DNA of 64,000 bases from positions 190,402,001 to 190,466,000 of the forward strand of contig NC_042997.1 of the NCBI RefSeq assembly GCF_006345805.1, given 5' to 3'. The position numbers and the translations under genes were made by a program. Below the pieces are notes generated by a model. It made no database searches. It was not told the DNA's origin and was given only the letters and a program-made list of their open reading frames with translations. This stretch comes from Octopus sinensis. Lineage: Eukaryota. Below are positions 37,501 to 50,489 of the stretch, in pieces (the first letter of the stretch is position 1; every line of letters begins with the position of its first letter).

Positions 37501-38609
37501 ATAAAGAAGCATTGATTATAGAAAAGCCATTAAATATGGGTCAACGACATTACATACAAAACCACCCCTCAAACATTTAATCATATATAAAAATCACCAT
37601 GGTTTTCAAAGAAGGTAAAACTATATAATCGAATAAAATACAAATAGAACAGCCTATCAAAAAGTTAAATATACACGACTAAAAATTCATAAACTACCAA
37701 AAAAACTAATAGACAAATATAAAATAAATAAAGATAAAAATAAAAGAAAATAAATGTCCACCGACTAAAATAAGTTTTAGCGGACGATTAAAATATTTAA
37801 AAAATATTTAATATTTGAAAAAAAGTCATACTTCCCTCACACAAGTACGTCCAAAATTCATAAGTAAACAGACTTCCACAGGTCAAATTCACATACATCT
37901 TAAAAAATTTGGACTGGTCCGTTGATAGGTTTTTCTTTTAAATTATATAATCTTTTCATGAAAAGTATAAGCGTTTCATAAAAAAAAGTTTTGATCTTTG
38001 GGTGTGTCCTGTTTCCTGTTTATCCTGATGAGGGGGCCATCGCCGTGATGCACTTTAGTGTAAATGAACTGTGGTGGTGAGCTCCCAAAATAGCCATAGA
38101 TATTTGTGAATGTTGAATTTGACCTGTGGAATCTGTTTATTATGAACATTTGGACGTACTTGTGCGATGGGAGTAAACGACTTTTTCCAGACGTATGTGA
38201 ATTTGACCTGTGGAAATCTGTTTACTTATGAATTTTGGACGTACTTGTGTGAGGGAAGTATAAGACTTCTTCAAATATTAAAAAACAAAATTTAATATTT
38301 TAATTTATGGTCGGTGGACATTTATTTTATCTTTACTTTATTTTTATTTTTATTTATTTTATATTTGTCTATTAGGATTTTTGGTAGTTTATGAATTATT
38401 AGTCGTGTATATTTAACTGTTTGATAGGTCGTTCTATTTGTATTTTATTCGATTATATATTTTTACCTTCTGTGATTTTATGTATATGTATTATTTTTAT
38501 GTGTTTGAAACTATGGTGATTTTTATAGATTATTAAATGTTTGAGGGGTGGTTTTGTATGTAAAGTCGTTGCCCCAAATTTAATGTTTGTTCTATAACCA
38601 ACGCTTCTT

Positions 38610-38612
<3 letters not shown>
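37501..38612 (+). mobile_element. Fold-back Penelope-type element (about 400-bp inverted arms)
   Basis: 37501-37900 is the reverse complement of about 38189-38612; an extra partial tandem copy at 38105-38188; central hammerhead motif. Confidence 0.8.
38021..38102 (+). ncRNA. Type I hammerhead-like motif, G12 changed to A
   Basis: TATC-CTGATGA-GGGGGC-CATCGCC...GGTGGTG-A-GCTCCC-AAAA-TAGCCA-TA-GATA. Confidence 0.7.
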
Positions 38613-38654
<42 letters not shown>

Positions 38655-38989
38655 AATGTATGTATATATATATATATATGTATGTATGTATGTATATATA
38701 TGTATATATGTATATGAGAAGGTTTGGAGATGATGTACAGGTATTATATATTAGAAGAAATAAGGTGCTCAGAAATCTGGATGGTTTTATATTTACAGAT
38801 ATTTATTAATATGTCAAATGTTTTTATAAAACATATATTAGCGCTTGCGTCCACTCTAGTGGAGTCGTCAGTTTGAACTTTTTCAGGAATTTTGTCTCTT
38901 TTTATAGTATTATTGTGTAAGGGTGGAGAGAGATATAAGATAGTACAAAAGGGTGAGGAATGGGGAGAAAGTGAGAGAGAGTGCGTGTG

Positions 38990-39450
38990 CGTGTATGTGG
39001 AGTCTTCGAATCAGCTTTCTCCTTCCTGGATTTGAGAAGCCGAATTATGCAAGATTGATATTTAGGCAGTGTGTTACATATCCCAGAGCCTGAATAATTA
39101 CAGGTATAAACCTGAACTTATAGTCTGGATAGACTAACTGCAGATTTCTCATTAATTCAGCGTAGGTATTTTCTTCTTAACTGATCTTTAGCTTTATATT
39201 AACATCTGCTGGGCAGCTAATTTCCACAACTCTACACAGTTTCTCTTCTCCATCCCAAAGTATTATATCAAGTCTGTTGGGCTTAAAATTTATTCATGTT
39301 TTCACTGGGACATTCCAGCAGTACACCTTTTTATTAGTTACGGCTTCAGTCATACTGTAGGTTCGTATTTCTTTGTCCTCGGGGTTATCCTTCGAAAGGA
39401 GTTCATTGTATAATGTCCTAACTACAACACTATGTCTCATCAGTAGTTTA
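38990..39450 (-). mobile_element. R4/Dong-type non-LTR REL endonuclease fragment
   Basis: RHSVVVRTLYNELL...YCWNVPVKT*...PNRLDIILWD...VVEISCPADVNI...RNLQLVYPDYKFRFIPVIIQALG. Confidence 0.85.
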
Positions 39451-39782
39451 TAGCGATATGTATGTATTTATTTATGTATGTATATTATTATGTAGTGGGA
39501 GTAAAAAAACAACTTCATAATTAACTTAGTACACTGTTACGTATATCAGAAAACAGGTTCCTCCAAAGGAATATATAAATATTCCAAATCATGCAACTGG
39601 TCACCATTCGAAGTTAAATGACTGTATAATGATCTTATTCATCCTGTAAATCCATTTATATATCAATGAAACAATTATTACATATTACGGAGATGTACTT
39701 GCATAGCAAGTGACCTGATCTGAGATCGTGTGCTGGAACGAAAACAATTGCAACGTGGAAGGTGTTTATAAGCCATTTGGAA

Positions 39783-39833
39783 TTTTGTCAGTGAACAGGT
39801 CGCGGTCTAAAAGCGACAAAAATATTTTGACAA
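39783..39833 (+). ncRNA. G3-C8 hammerhead-like motif, second locus (G12 lost)
   Basis: TTTTGTCA-GTGAACA-G-GTCGC-GGTCTAAAA-GCGAC-AAAA-TATTT-TGACAAA, within a unit flanked by 17-bp direct repeats (39673 and 39863). Confidence 0.55.
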
Positions 39834-40876
39834 ATTAAATTTAAATGTTGAAGTGAATCTAAAATTATTACATATTACGCGATATATCGTGTAGTAAAGA
39901 AATATTAATGGACAACTAAAAACACCACTATACACGTCTCAACAACGTGGATATTTATTCAACAATGAGTAATGACAAAATAATTTACATAACTTCACAC
40001 TACTGCATAACCGAACCATTCAACCAGGCGATATACGTCCTTCCGTTGGCGAAATAACTTTTAAATATTATTATATTAAAGGCAAGTTTCAGAGTAAATA
40101 CAAACGTCCCAAAAGGCGGACGAGATAGTTAGGCTTACAACCAGCCACAATGTCCCATTTGCAAAGGCAACAAAACTGACGAAAGCAACTACTACAAAAG
40201 AGTGACTATATAACACTATCGCTGTCCAGATGGTAAATTCTAGATCCATTATTTATTGAGTGGCCGCTTCTGTAATGTATATTTCAATTGCCATTGCGAA
40301 AATCTTGAAGACTGTCCCCCTAGCAACTAATGATAAAATAATTCGCATTAATTTATTGATAAAAACGCAACATTGTTTCAAATATAACGCTAAAAATGTT
40401 CTGTTTGCTTTATGCAATTATACAAAGACGTGTACAAATGTATCGTCACTCACATTCACATACCAATTTTTTAAAATGCACACCAAGGGTAAATATAATT
40501 TTAAAATCTATTACACATGCACACAAATCAATATACAAATAAAATACAGACCCTACATACAGACCCATGCACATTTTCAAGAATTAAAAAAGACACATAC
40601 TCGGTGCACATCATTAACTTTGGACACTTCTAAACCTTGATATATATATAATGTATGTGTATGTGTGTGTATTCATACGGGTGTGTATGCCTATCTGCGT
40701 GGGTGTGTATGTAGGTTTGTATTTTATTTGTATATTGATTTGTGTGCATGTGTAATATATATATGTGTGTGTATTTGTGTGTGTGCGGAGAATTCACAAA
40801 AAACAGCAAAAGACGAAGACAGGTGGTGTAGACAACAAATAGATATATTAGTATAACGCTCGGGAAGTGAAAAAAT

Positions 40877-40912
40877 CTTTAACGTTTCGAGCCTACGCTC
40901 TTCCACAGAAAG
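40877..40912 (-). ncRNA. Minimal type I hammerhead variant (CUGUGGA core)
   Basis: CTTT-CTGTGGA-A-GAGC-GTAG-GCTC-GAAA-CG-TT-AAAG. Confidence 0.65.
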
Positions 40913-41750
40913 GACAAGGAGAGAAAATAATACATATATATATATATATATATATATACATACATACATTATACACGATGCAAATAACGATTATTTTTAT
41001 CAGTTGGCAGATATAGGCACTGGCCAAAAATCAATTTGTGTCCACATACATACTCATATGAGCAGAAACATATATATGCATATATATACGCAAACAAATG
41101 TGAGCAAACACACGGAAAATCACCGTTAGCTTTAAATCCATTCTTTATAAAATTCAAGACAAAACACGATTTTCAAAATTACGATAACATGAGAAAAATA
41201 CAATACAATACAATTTTTAAAAGCATGAGGGGGAAGCAGAAGAGAAATCGGATATAGACATTAATTATAAAACAAGTGGTTAGAAACTACTGATAAATAG
41301 AGTGATTGGGGAAAATTTGATGTGTTAATACACTAGGGTATACTAATATGAGTTAGAACCACATGGGTGTCGACTGAAACAAATATCTTCTAAGTTGACG
41401 GTCAAAAGTAAATACAGAGCGGCAATAGCGGAGATTCAAAAGAATGAAATCGGTTAAAAGGTTATGAGGATACGAGTACTATCGAAGTTCATCGTTCGTA
41501 TGTAAACACAGCGAAGTATTCTCCAGGAATTACCAATCATAGGTAATATAATAATCATTAAGTAGGTAAATTTTGGCAATACAAAAAATAATTAAAGTAG
41601 AGAGTAGAAAAGAATAAATTACTGTAAGGCATCACTCCAGTAAAACTCATAATAATAAGAAGATAAGATACAAGGCTAGAAACCATTGTTGCTTGGTTTT
41701 AAATGTAAACACCGGATAGTAGTATGCACCTTTCAAATTTTAGAAGTAAA

Positions 41751-42050
41751 GCACTGAAATACTGGGAGACCGCTGGAGAGGAAGAAATTTGGCCTGAGAT
41801 GTTAAAAGACTTAAATAGATTAGGTATTCTTTGGATGACTCGTATATGCCAGATGGTTTAGACTTCTGGAAAGGCACTAAATCAATGGAAATCTGGGCTT
41901 ATAATCTCAAATTTTTAAGAGACATACAAGAGAGATTTCTCTAATAATAGAGGAATCCTCCTTGTTGAGTATTTCCGGTAAAATCTATGCTAGCTGCCTG
42001 GAAAAGACAAAATTGTCGAAGATTACGGAAGGACAATATAGCTCTCATCT
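41751..42050 (+). mobile_element. RTE-clade LINE RT N-terminal fragment
   Basis: ALKYWETAGEEEIWPEMLKDLNRLGILWMTRICQMV*TSGKALNQWKSGLII...RGILL..SISGKIYASCLE. Confidence 0.8.
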
Positions 42051-42069
42051 TTGACACACTACAACCGTC

Positions 42070-42350
42070 TAGATGGCCTAGTGGTTAGAGCAGCGGACTG
42101 GCGGTTGAGGGATCGCGGGCTCGAGTCTCTGACCGGGCATGTGTGTGTTTATGAGTGAAACACCTAACATCCACGCGGCTCCGGCAGAAGGTTTTGACGA
42201 ACTTTCGCCACAATTTCTCTCACTCTTTCCACCTGCATCTTGCAGCTCACCGGCGACGGACCGGCGTCCCGTCCAGGTGGGGAACCTATACGCCAATAAA
42301 CCAGGAAACCGGCCCTTATGAGCTATGCATGGCTCGAGAAGGAACAAACA
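42070..42350 (+). mobile_element. SINE family D
   Basis: TGGCCTAGTGGTTAGAGCAGCGGACT head; ends GAAGGAACAAACAAAAACAA. Confidence 0.85.
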
Positions 42351-42955
42351 AAAACAATAGATTCATTAATACAAGAAAATGTGTAAGTTTGAAATGGAAA
42401 ATCGACCCCAGTGAGATCTCAAAGAAGTACATTGCAAAAAAAAAAAAAATAGACCTAATTTCTATTTTAATCTCAATATAAGACATTTAAGGTCGGGGCA
42501 GTAAAACCTTTTCCTCTTCCTCTTTTTCAAGAAATAAAAAAAGACACATACTTGGTACACATCAGTAACTTTGGACACTTCTAAACCTCGATTTCTTTCT
42601 TGATGCTCTAAACCCAATTTCTTTAAAATAGAAAAATAAAAATCAATCTATATTTCGAAAATGCTACAAAATGTAACGGAGAAAAAGAAAATGACAAAAG
42701 GAGAAGTGAAAGACATAATGGGAAGGAAAAAAAAGTTAATAAGTAAATAAAACTAACAAATAAATAAATAAATAAATGAATAAATAAAACACAGATCGTA
42801 TCAATAATGGATGACAACCAGTGAACTAAAACTACGAATTTAATAAAATGAAACACACAGACACATATATATGTATTTATGTATGTTTGTATGCATATAC
42901 ACATGCACACATATATACATATGTATCTGTGTGTATATATATTATATATATATAT

Positions 42956-42990
<35 letters not shown>

Positions 42991-43119
42991 TATATATATA
43001 TTATATATATATATATAATATATATATATATACATATATATATAGAGAGAGAGAAGGAGAGAGAGAGGGGGCTGACAGACAGATAGACATAGATAGATAG
43101 ATAGATAGATGTAGATATA

Positions 43120-43173
<54 letters not shown>

Positions 43174-43523
43174 ATATATGTATGTATATACACATGTATA
43201 CATTCATAAATACATACATAAATACATACATATGTGCTGTGTGTGTGTTCGTGTGGGTGTGTATAAAGGAAATTGATAGAAAATAGATAAAAGAAACAAT
43301 ACAGGTAATGACAAATGAGTGAAATTTATTAAAAACAAAACAAAAGATGCGTTGCAAAGAAACATAAAAGAAAAAAATAAGAATGGAAATAGAAATACCA
43401 TAAAAATGGAATGGAGAGATGAAAACGAAAATGAAACGAAACACGAGGAACGAACAAATGAAAAAAGCAAGTGAAGGAAAGTAAACGAAAAACTTATAAT
43501 ATATATATACATATATATTTATA

Positions 43524-43554
<31 letters not shown>

Positions 43555-44226
43555 ATAAAGAAATGAGAGAAGATACAATAAAAATTTGTTGAAATTGAAA
43601 GAAAATTCTAGATTAATGTTGTAAAGAAAAAATATTGCTGTGTAAAATACATATATACACTTATAGAAATATATGATAAATAATGTGCAGATTAGATGTG
43701 TATATATGCGTATATATGTAAGTGATTATATACACTTTTCCCTATAAAGAAATATAGATACATATATACATACATGAATACATATGTATATATGTGTCTG
43801 TGTCTGTATATATGCATGTGCGTGCATTGTATGGTGTATATGTGTGTATGTCTGTGTATATATTCAGTTGTTCTTGTTCTTAAGTAGACTGATCGGTGAC
43901 TAAATGCTGCCCTTTTTCTATGCTTGGATTTCATAGATAATAAGAAGGGATGGCACCCGGCAGAAAATAAAATGATTACAAGCATGAGAACTTAAGGATC
44001 CCATATGCAGGTGATGAGATTGGTGGCACTAGGATTACCAATTGCAACGGAACTCTTGTATAGAAGTAACCAAAACGTTTAATTCTATATTCGTCCAGTC
44101 AATAACCGAAGTCCAAGAGAGATAGAACAGTTTATCAAAAAATTTCTGGTGCAAAAACACTATGGCAATATTTAAATTTATATTCATGTTTATTTGTTTA
44201 TTGGTGTATGTATGTATGTACGTATG

Positions 44227-44260
<34 letters not shown>

Positions 44261-44327
44261 TGTATGTATGTATGTATGTATGTATGTATGTATGTATGTA
44301 TAAAGGTATGTGTGTGTGTATGTGTGT

Positions 44328-44580
44328 GGAGACGCGTGGCTTAGTGGTTAGGGTGTCAGCATCATGATCGTAAGATTGTGGTTTCGATTCCTGGGCCGTG
44401 CGACACGTTGTGTTCTTGAGCAAAATACTTCATTTCACGTTGCCCCAGTCCACTCAGCTGGCAAAAATGAGTAACGCTGTGATGGACTGGCGTCCCATCC
44501 AGCTTGGGAACGCATACGCCATGGAAACCTGGAAACCGGGCCCATTAGCCTGGATAGGCTTTAAAAGGGCGCATTTATTC
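44328..44580 (+). mobile_element. SINE family B (CORE-like centre)
   Basis: GGAGACGCGTGGCTTAGTGGTTAGGG head; GTTGTGTTCTTGAGCAAAATACTTCATTTCACGTTGCCCCAGTCCACTCAGCTGG. Confidence 0.85.
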
Positions 44581-46654
44581 ATTATATATATTACATTAAA
44601 ATTACTGCTACATACGAAGAATATAGAAATATCAAAATGAGAAAAATGAAATGACCTTCATTTAATGCAGAGAATCGACGAAGAAATTTGAAATAAGAGG
44701 TAAAACAGAAGATAACTTGAGTAGTGGCAATTATATCCTTAATAAAGTAGAAATAAAGGTTAAGCATAAATGTTCAGAATTTTATAAACGCCATGTTTCC
44801 CCTTAGATGTAACTACTTAGTACCCAACGTTACCTAGAGATAACGTTTGATAACATTGGCATTAACTAAGGCCAATGCATTAGTTAATGCCTAATTCTTT
44901 TAAATAACGTTACAACTTGCATACACACAGTTTTAGAAATACAAGATGATGTATTTCAACAAGATTAACTTAGTGTATATTTAATTTTAACTTCTTGAAT
45001 ACAAAATACGAACTACACTGGGCTATCATAGAAATGCACTGGAATCATGAAAGAATGCAGGCGTTTGCTCTACTGAAAAATTTCCTATTTTATTATATTG
45101 CTTAATCTGAAACGATTGCTTTCACTCATAGACACATATAATTTTGAGATAGTTTAAGTTTTATAAATACAATTATGCCCAGATAAAATTGTAAATAACA
45201 GCCGCCTGCAATTGTTTGATTGATTCTTAGTTTATTGCATATAACTATAATTTCATAGACATATCACTGCTCACTGCTATAAGAATATAGAAACTTTTAA
45301 AATAATGATAGTTTAAAATTACTTCATTCCCACAATATAGCAGCAAATTTATCGGTGTGAGTGTGTGTGTATAATCGTGTAAAAATAGATGTGAACAGAG
45401 TGTGTATTGTGTACTAGAACCCACACAAACTATTATCGATGCTTGATTGTACATGCTGAAATGTGCGTATATATATATATCACAAAGCGTTAGCGCGAAG
45501 CAGTGTTTAGGTATGAGCAGAATTTAGGCTAGTTGAAATATGTTTGTCACATATTTCGACTGCTAAAGACAAATACACTGCAGGTTCCGTAGAGAAAAAT
45601 CTCTCTAACGGTAAAAAGGCGTGAAAACTCCCGGTTCAATCAGTGTCGCCATCTATTACGAATCCTAGACATCGATGTTAGAGATTTTTGACTTTTGTCA
45701 ATGAGTTGTATCTAAGAGAGGCTGAAGGAACTTAATAAAGCCGTAGCTTTATATATAATTCAGTCAACACGTTCACACACACACATATATATATATACAA
45801 ATATATACAAATATATACAAGATATACAACGGTCTGGAAATAGAAGTGCTCCAATGAGCTGTATACACTTTCTTATGCAAGGGGAGGCAATGCGAGCAAC
45901 AACCACAGGAACATCACAAAATTCAAAGATAGACCAAACACATACAAATCTTATATACTAATTTATATCTAAACAGTCCGACATTTTAAAAGATTTTTTA
46001 AATTCAGTAATATATAAGTATCATATACACATAAAAATATAAATGTAAATATAAAATTTGCATATAACACGCTTAAAATTGTTAGAATAAGAGAAATAAA
46101 TAGAATGATAATAAAATAAAAATATCGCATATCAAAAGACGAATAAAATTCCGGTGAATAGTACATGGAATATAATACATATACAAGCGTACAAAAATAC
46201 AAGATATACAGAAGTTCATCTACGAGCCGTTTATTGCTTTTTCTATTTCTAAATTTCCTATGGAACGTCGAGGGGATCTTATGCGTACACGCCGGTATTG
46301 CATCAGTGAACTTATTTAACACTGCGTTGTTGTAATTTTTCAATATAGTATATACCTCCCTTATGCATAAACCGCATCTAGTGGACTCGAACCTGAATAT
46401 GTGGCTTTGCATGTATGTGAGAATTTATAAAATTGAAATAAAATAAAATAAAATAAAATAAATTAAGTGCTGAAGTCAAATGGTCCAGATGGCGCTGTGT
46501 GCATACAATTTACTATGGCGAATTGTATGCGTATAAAGTTCCATTCAGGATCGACGAGAAAAATTTTTGGGAGTACGTAAATGCTGTGTTCTGAGAATGG
46601 ACGGTATGTGATTGTGTATTTGTGTATTTGTTCATGTTTTATATGTGTTCTATA

Positions 46655-46735
46655 GGACATCCTGATGAGGGGAGTGCCTATGTTATGTACCGATATGTCT
46701 AATATTAATTGGCACATCCCCGAAATATGTTAACC
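46655..46735 (+). ncRNA. Hammerhead-like motif with long stem II
   Basis: CTGATGA (46662)-GGGGAGTGCC...GGCACATCCCC-GAAA-TATGTT; stems I and III are ambiguous. Confidence 0.55.
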
Positions 46736-46994
46736 TTTATAGTATAAACTCATAAAGCCCTTACGACCAATTCTTAGCATATGAACCTACCCAAATGCTT
46801 AGAATTACTAATCACTTGGGAGCATGGACCGAAACATATATGTAGGTATTTGCCAACTGCCTTTTATTTTAGAGCTTTATAATTTACAATTCATTTGTAT
46901 TGTTTTTATGCAAAGTTTTTTCAACCTCATTACATCATACAATAAAATTATTTAGACGTCAATAATTCTCCTTTTTCTTCCTTTCATCATTATT

Positions 46995-47046
<52 letters not shown>

Positions 47047-47119
47047 GTATATATGTGTATATGTATATATGTATGTATATATAGATATATATATATATAT
47101 ATATTATAATATATATATA

Positions 47120-47150
<31 letters not shown>

Positions 47151-47347
47151 AGAAATTAAAAAATTAAAAAGGAAAATACGCACACTTAAAACTATGTAAG
47201 AGTGCGTATTTTCCTTTTTAATTTTTTAATTTTTTTAAATTCTTATATACGATACAACTCACCACGTGGGGATAATCGAAATTCCTCTTTTCTGCTACTA
47301 CTACTATATATATATATATTATATAATATATATATATAATATATATA

Positions 47348-47394
<47 letters not shown>

Positions 47395-47946
47395 TATATA
47401 AAGTCCAAATAAACGTACAGCTAATGCCAAGTCGCATAAATTCTTCATTTACTAGATTTGGACTTGAAAATATATCTGTAACGGCTTTATATATTTATAT
47501 TTATTGATGCAAAAATGTACGTATAATTTTTTGCATACTGTAATTAATACTTCAAGAAGATTACAAAGAAGCCGTATCATATGAAAGTCATAAAGAAAAA
47601 TAATCTTCACCTATCACACTTGGCTTTATGCTTTATGTACACACTCAGGTATATAAATGTATAAAGCCTCTAGAGAGGTGTTTTTAAAGTCCAAATCTAA
47701 TAAATGAAGAATCTATGCGACTTGGCATTAACTTCGTTATAAAGAATAAAACCAAAGATAAATAAAAATATAGAAGAAATATAAAAAAATATATAAAAAT
47801 ACGTATAAAATTACTTATAAATAAAATTAACTCTTAAGGAGTTATGCGTGATAAATATTAGAGGTGCAAAACGAATAAGAGGTTGATAAATATAGAAATA
47901 AAAACGTCAACCTTCAATAGTACGATGAAGTTTACCAAGCTGGGTA

Positions 47947-48033
47947 CCATCCTGGTGAAAGTGATATTGCATATATGGAGTATTTAATTTTTAACCATGA
48001 TCGGTAATGTACTCCTGAAACGGCCGTAGATGG
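47947..48033 (+). ncRNA. Degenerate type I hammerhead
   Basis: CCATC-CTGGTGA...GGAGTA...TACTCCT-GAAA-CGGCCG-TA-GATGG; stem I CCATC/GATGG and palindromic stem III. Confidence 0.55.
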
Positions 48034-48192
48034 AACATCCTCCAATTTTTGGTTCCTATTTTATTTATCTTTTTCTTAACCTTGACACCTAGTATTATTT
48101 TTATCTTATATTTGATAAGGGATTTTTAGCCGATTTAGGCGGTTTGCCATTCTGAAGGTTAACGTTTTTATTCCTATATTTAAGCATACAAT

Positions 48193-48645
48193 AGGCGCAG
48201 GAGTGGCTGTGTGGTAAGTAGCTTGTTATAGGCGCAGGAGTGGTCTGTGTGATAAGTAGCTTGCTTACCAACCACATGGTTCCGGGTTCAGTACCACTGC
48301 GTGAAACCTTGGCCAAGTGTTTTCTCCAATAGCCTCGGGTCGACCAAAGCCTTGTGAGTGGATTTCGTAGACGGAAACTGAAAGAAGCTCGTCGTATATA
48401 TATATGTATATGTGTATATGTGTATATATGTTTGTGTGTCTGCGTTTGCCCCCCCTCCCAACATCTCTTGACAACCGATGCTGGTGTGTTTACGTCCCCG
48501 TAGCTTAGCGGTTCGGCAAAAAGAGACGGGTAGAATAAATACTAGGCTTCCAAAGAATAAGTCCTGGGGTCGATTTGCTTGACTAAAGGCGATGCTCCAG
48601 TTTGGCCGCAGTCAAATGACTGAAACAAGTAAAAGAACAAAAAGA
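48193..48645 (+). mobile_element. SINE family C, full length, 5' 37 bp duplicated
   Basis: ATAGGCGCAGGAGTGG... occurs twice in tandem, followed by the complete body. Confidence 0.9.
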
Positions 48646-49163
48646 GTATACGTACATATGTATATGTATGTGTGTGCGCACGTATGTATGTATGCATGTA
48701 TATACTATTTTACATCGTATGTATTTAATTTATGCAATTACTTTAAACCATGAAATGTTCTACTCTTTTATCTTTTTTTGTATATATCAACATCTCTTGA
48801 CATCCCGAGATAGGCTAGCATAATTGTCGTTCTGAGAACGCCTATTCTGGCTGAAACTATACTGTAATTTGTAGCTATCCCTTAATCACTAGCTATTTCG
48901 TAATCTTTACATACTCTTGTTCTTTTTCTTAATGGCATATCATCTTTGGTGAATTGGTTCTTTGGTGATTATTTCATCATCTCATATGGAGCAGTTCTCA
49001 ACTGCCATTTCGTAATTGAGACACATTCTCTAGAGACGGTGAAAATTTGAATAAATCAAGAGTTTATGCGGCCTGACATTAGCTGTACGTTTATTTCTCT
49101 CCCTATCCTCTCTCCCTATCCTCTCTCCCTATCCTCTCTCCCCTCTTCTCATTCTCTCTCATT

Positions 49164-49204
<41 letters not shown>

Positions 49205-49279
49205 ATATATATATACCTCGTGTGTACCGTTGGCGATTTTTTTCCTCCGTATTCCCTTCCTTGGATCTTTCCTTTTCCT

Positions 49280-49316
49280 ATGTTTCTGACGAAGAGCTCC
49301 GCTCGAAACGTTACAT
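49280..49316 (+). ncRNA. Minimal type I hammerhead (Penelope-type)
   Basis: CTGACGA-A-GAGC-TCC-GCTC-GAAA-CG-TT-ACAT; canonical core and palindromic ACGT stem III. Confidence 0.75.
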
Positions 49317-49850
49317 CCACCTTCTTTCTTTCCTTTCCTGAGCGTCCAACAACACTATCTATATATATATGCATACTATAACTAAGGGTATCTGCGTGGC
49401 ACCTTGGGCAAGTATCTTCTCCTATAGCCTTGTTTTAGAATATATATATATATATATATGTACGTAAGTATGTATGTATGTATGTATGTATGTGTGTATG
49501 TATGTATCTGTGTTTGTTCCCTCACCATCGCTTGACAATCGATGCTAGTGTGTTTACGTTCCCGAAAGTTAGTGTTTCGGAAAATTGACCGATAGAATAA
49601 GTATTAGACTTACAAAGAATAAGTCCTGGGGTCGACTTGTTCGTTACAGGCGGCCCTCCAGCATGGACGCTGTCAAATGACTAAAACAAGGATATATATA
49701 TATTTTTTATTCTTTTATTCTTTCACTTGTTTCAGTCGTTTGACTGCGGCCATGTTGGAGCACGGCCTTAAAGGGTTTTAGTCGAACAAATCGACCCCGG
49801 GACTTATTCTTTGTAAGCCTACTATTTATTCTGTCATTCTCTTTTGCCGA

Positions 49851-50079
49851 GTGGAGGCGCGTGGTTTCGATTCCTGGACCGGGTGACGCGTTGTGTTCTT
49901 GAGCAAAACACTTCATTTCACGTTGCTCCAGCCCACTCAGCTGGCAAAAATGAGTAACATTGCGATGGACTGGCATCCCGTCCAGCTGGGGAACACATAC
50001 GCCATAGAAACCGGAAAACCGGGCCCATGAGCCTAGCTAGGCTTAAAAAGGGCGCATTTATTATTATTATTATTTTCTT
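49851..50079 (+). mobile_element. SINE family B inserted in an antisense family C SINE
   Basis: 14-bp TSD TTCTCTTTTGCCGA at 49837-49850 and 50080-50093; (TTA)n tail. Confidence 0.92.
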
Positions 50080-50489
50080 TTCTCTTTTGCCGAACCGATT
50101 TTCAGGTGATGGTGGAGGAACAAACTCAGACACATAATCATAGGCACATAAATATATACATATACATATATACGACGGGCTTCTTTCAGTTTTCTGTCTA
50201 CCAAATCCACTCACAAGTCTTTGGTCGGCTCAAGAATCTCATATATTCCTGTATTTCGTATATGTATCAACATATGTATGCAATGATCATACGCATCACG
50301 CAGTCACACACACACACATATTCGCGCCTGCGTGCACATACACATCCCAACACATGTGAAACATGGAGGAAAATGCATAAACAAAGCATTCTTTACGTTT
50401 GGAACGGCATTTTTGAACAAGTAAAACATCTAAAATTAGCAAGAACAGGTTTAGGAATACATTTGTCACCGTCATTGACACCGTCACAT

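Noticed and set aside
42070-42140. tRNA genes at SINE heads (also 1, 21041, 24700, 44328, 53077)
   Set aside because: A and B boxes are present but continue into SINE bodies, with no complete cloverleaf.
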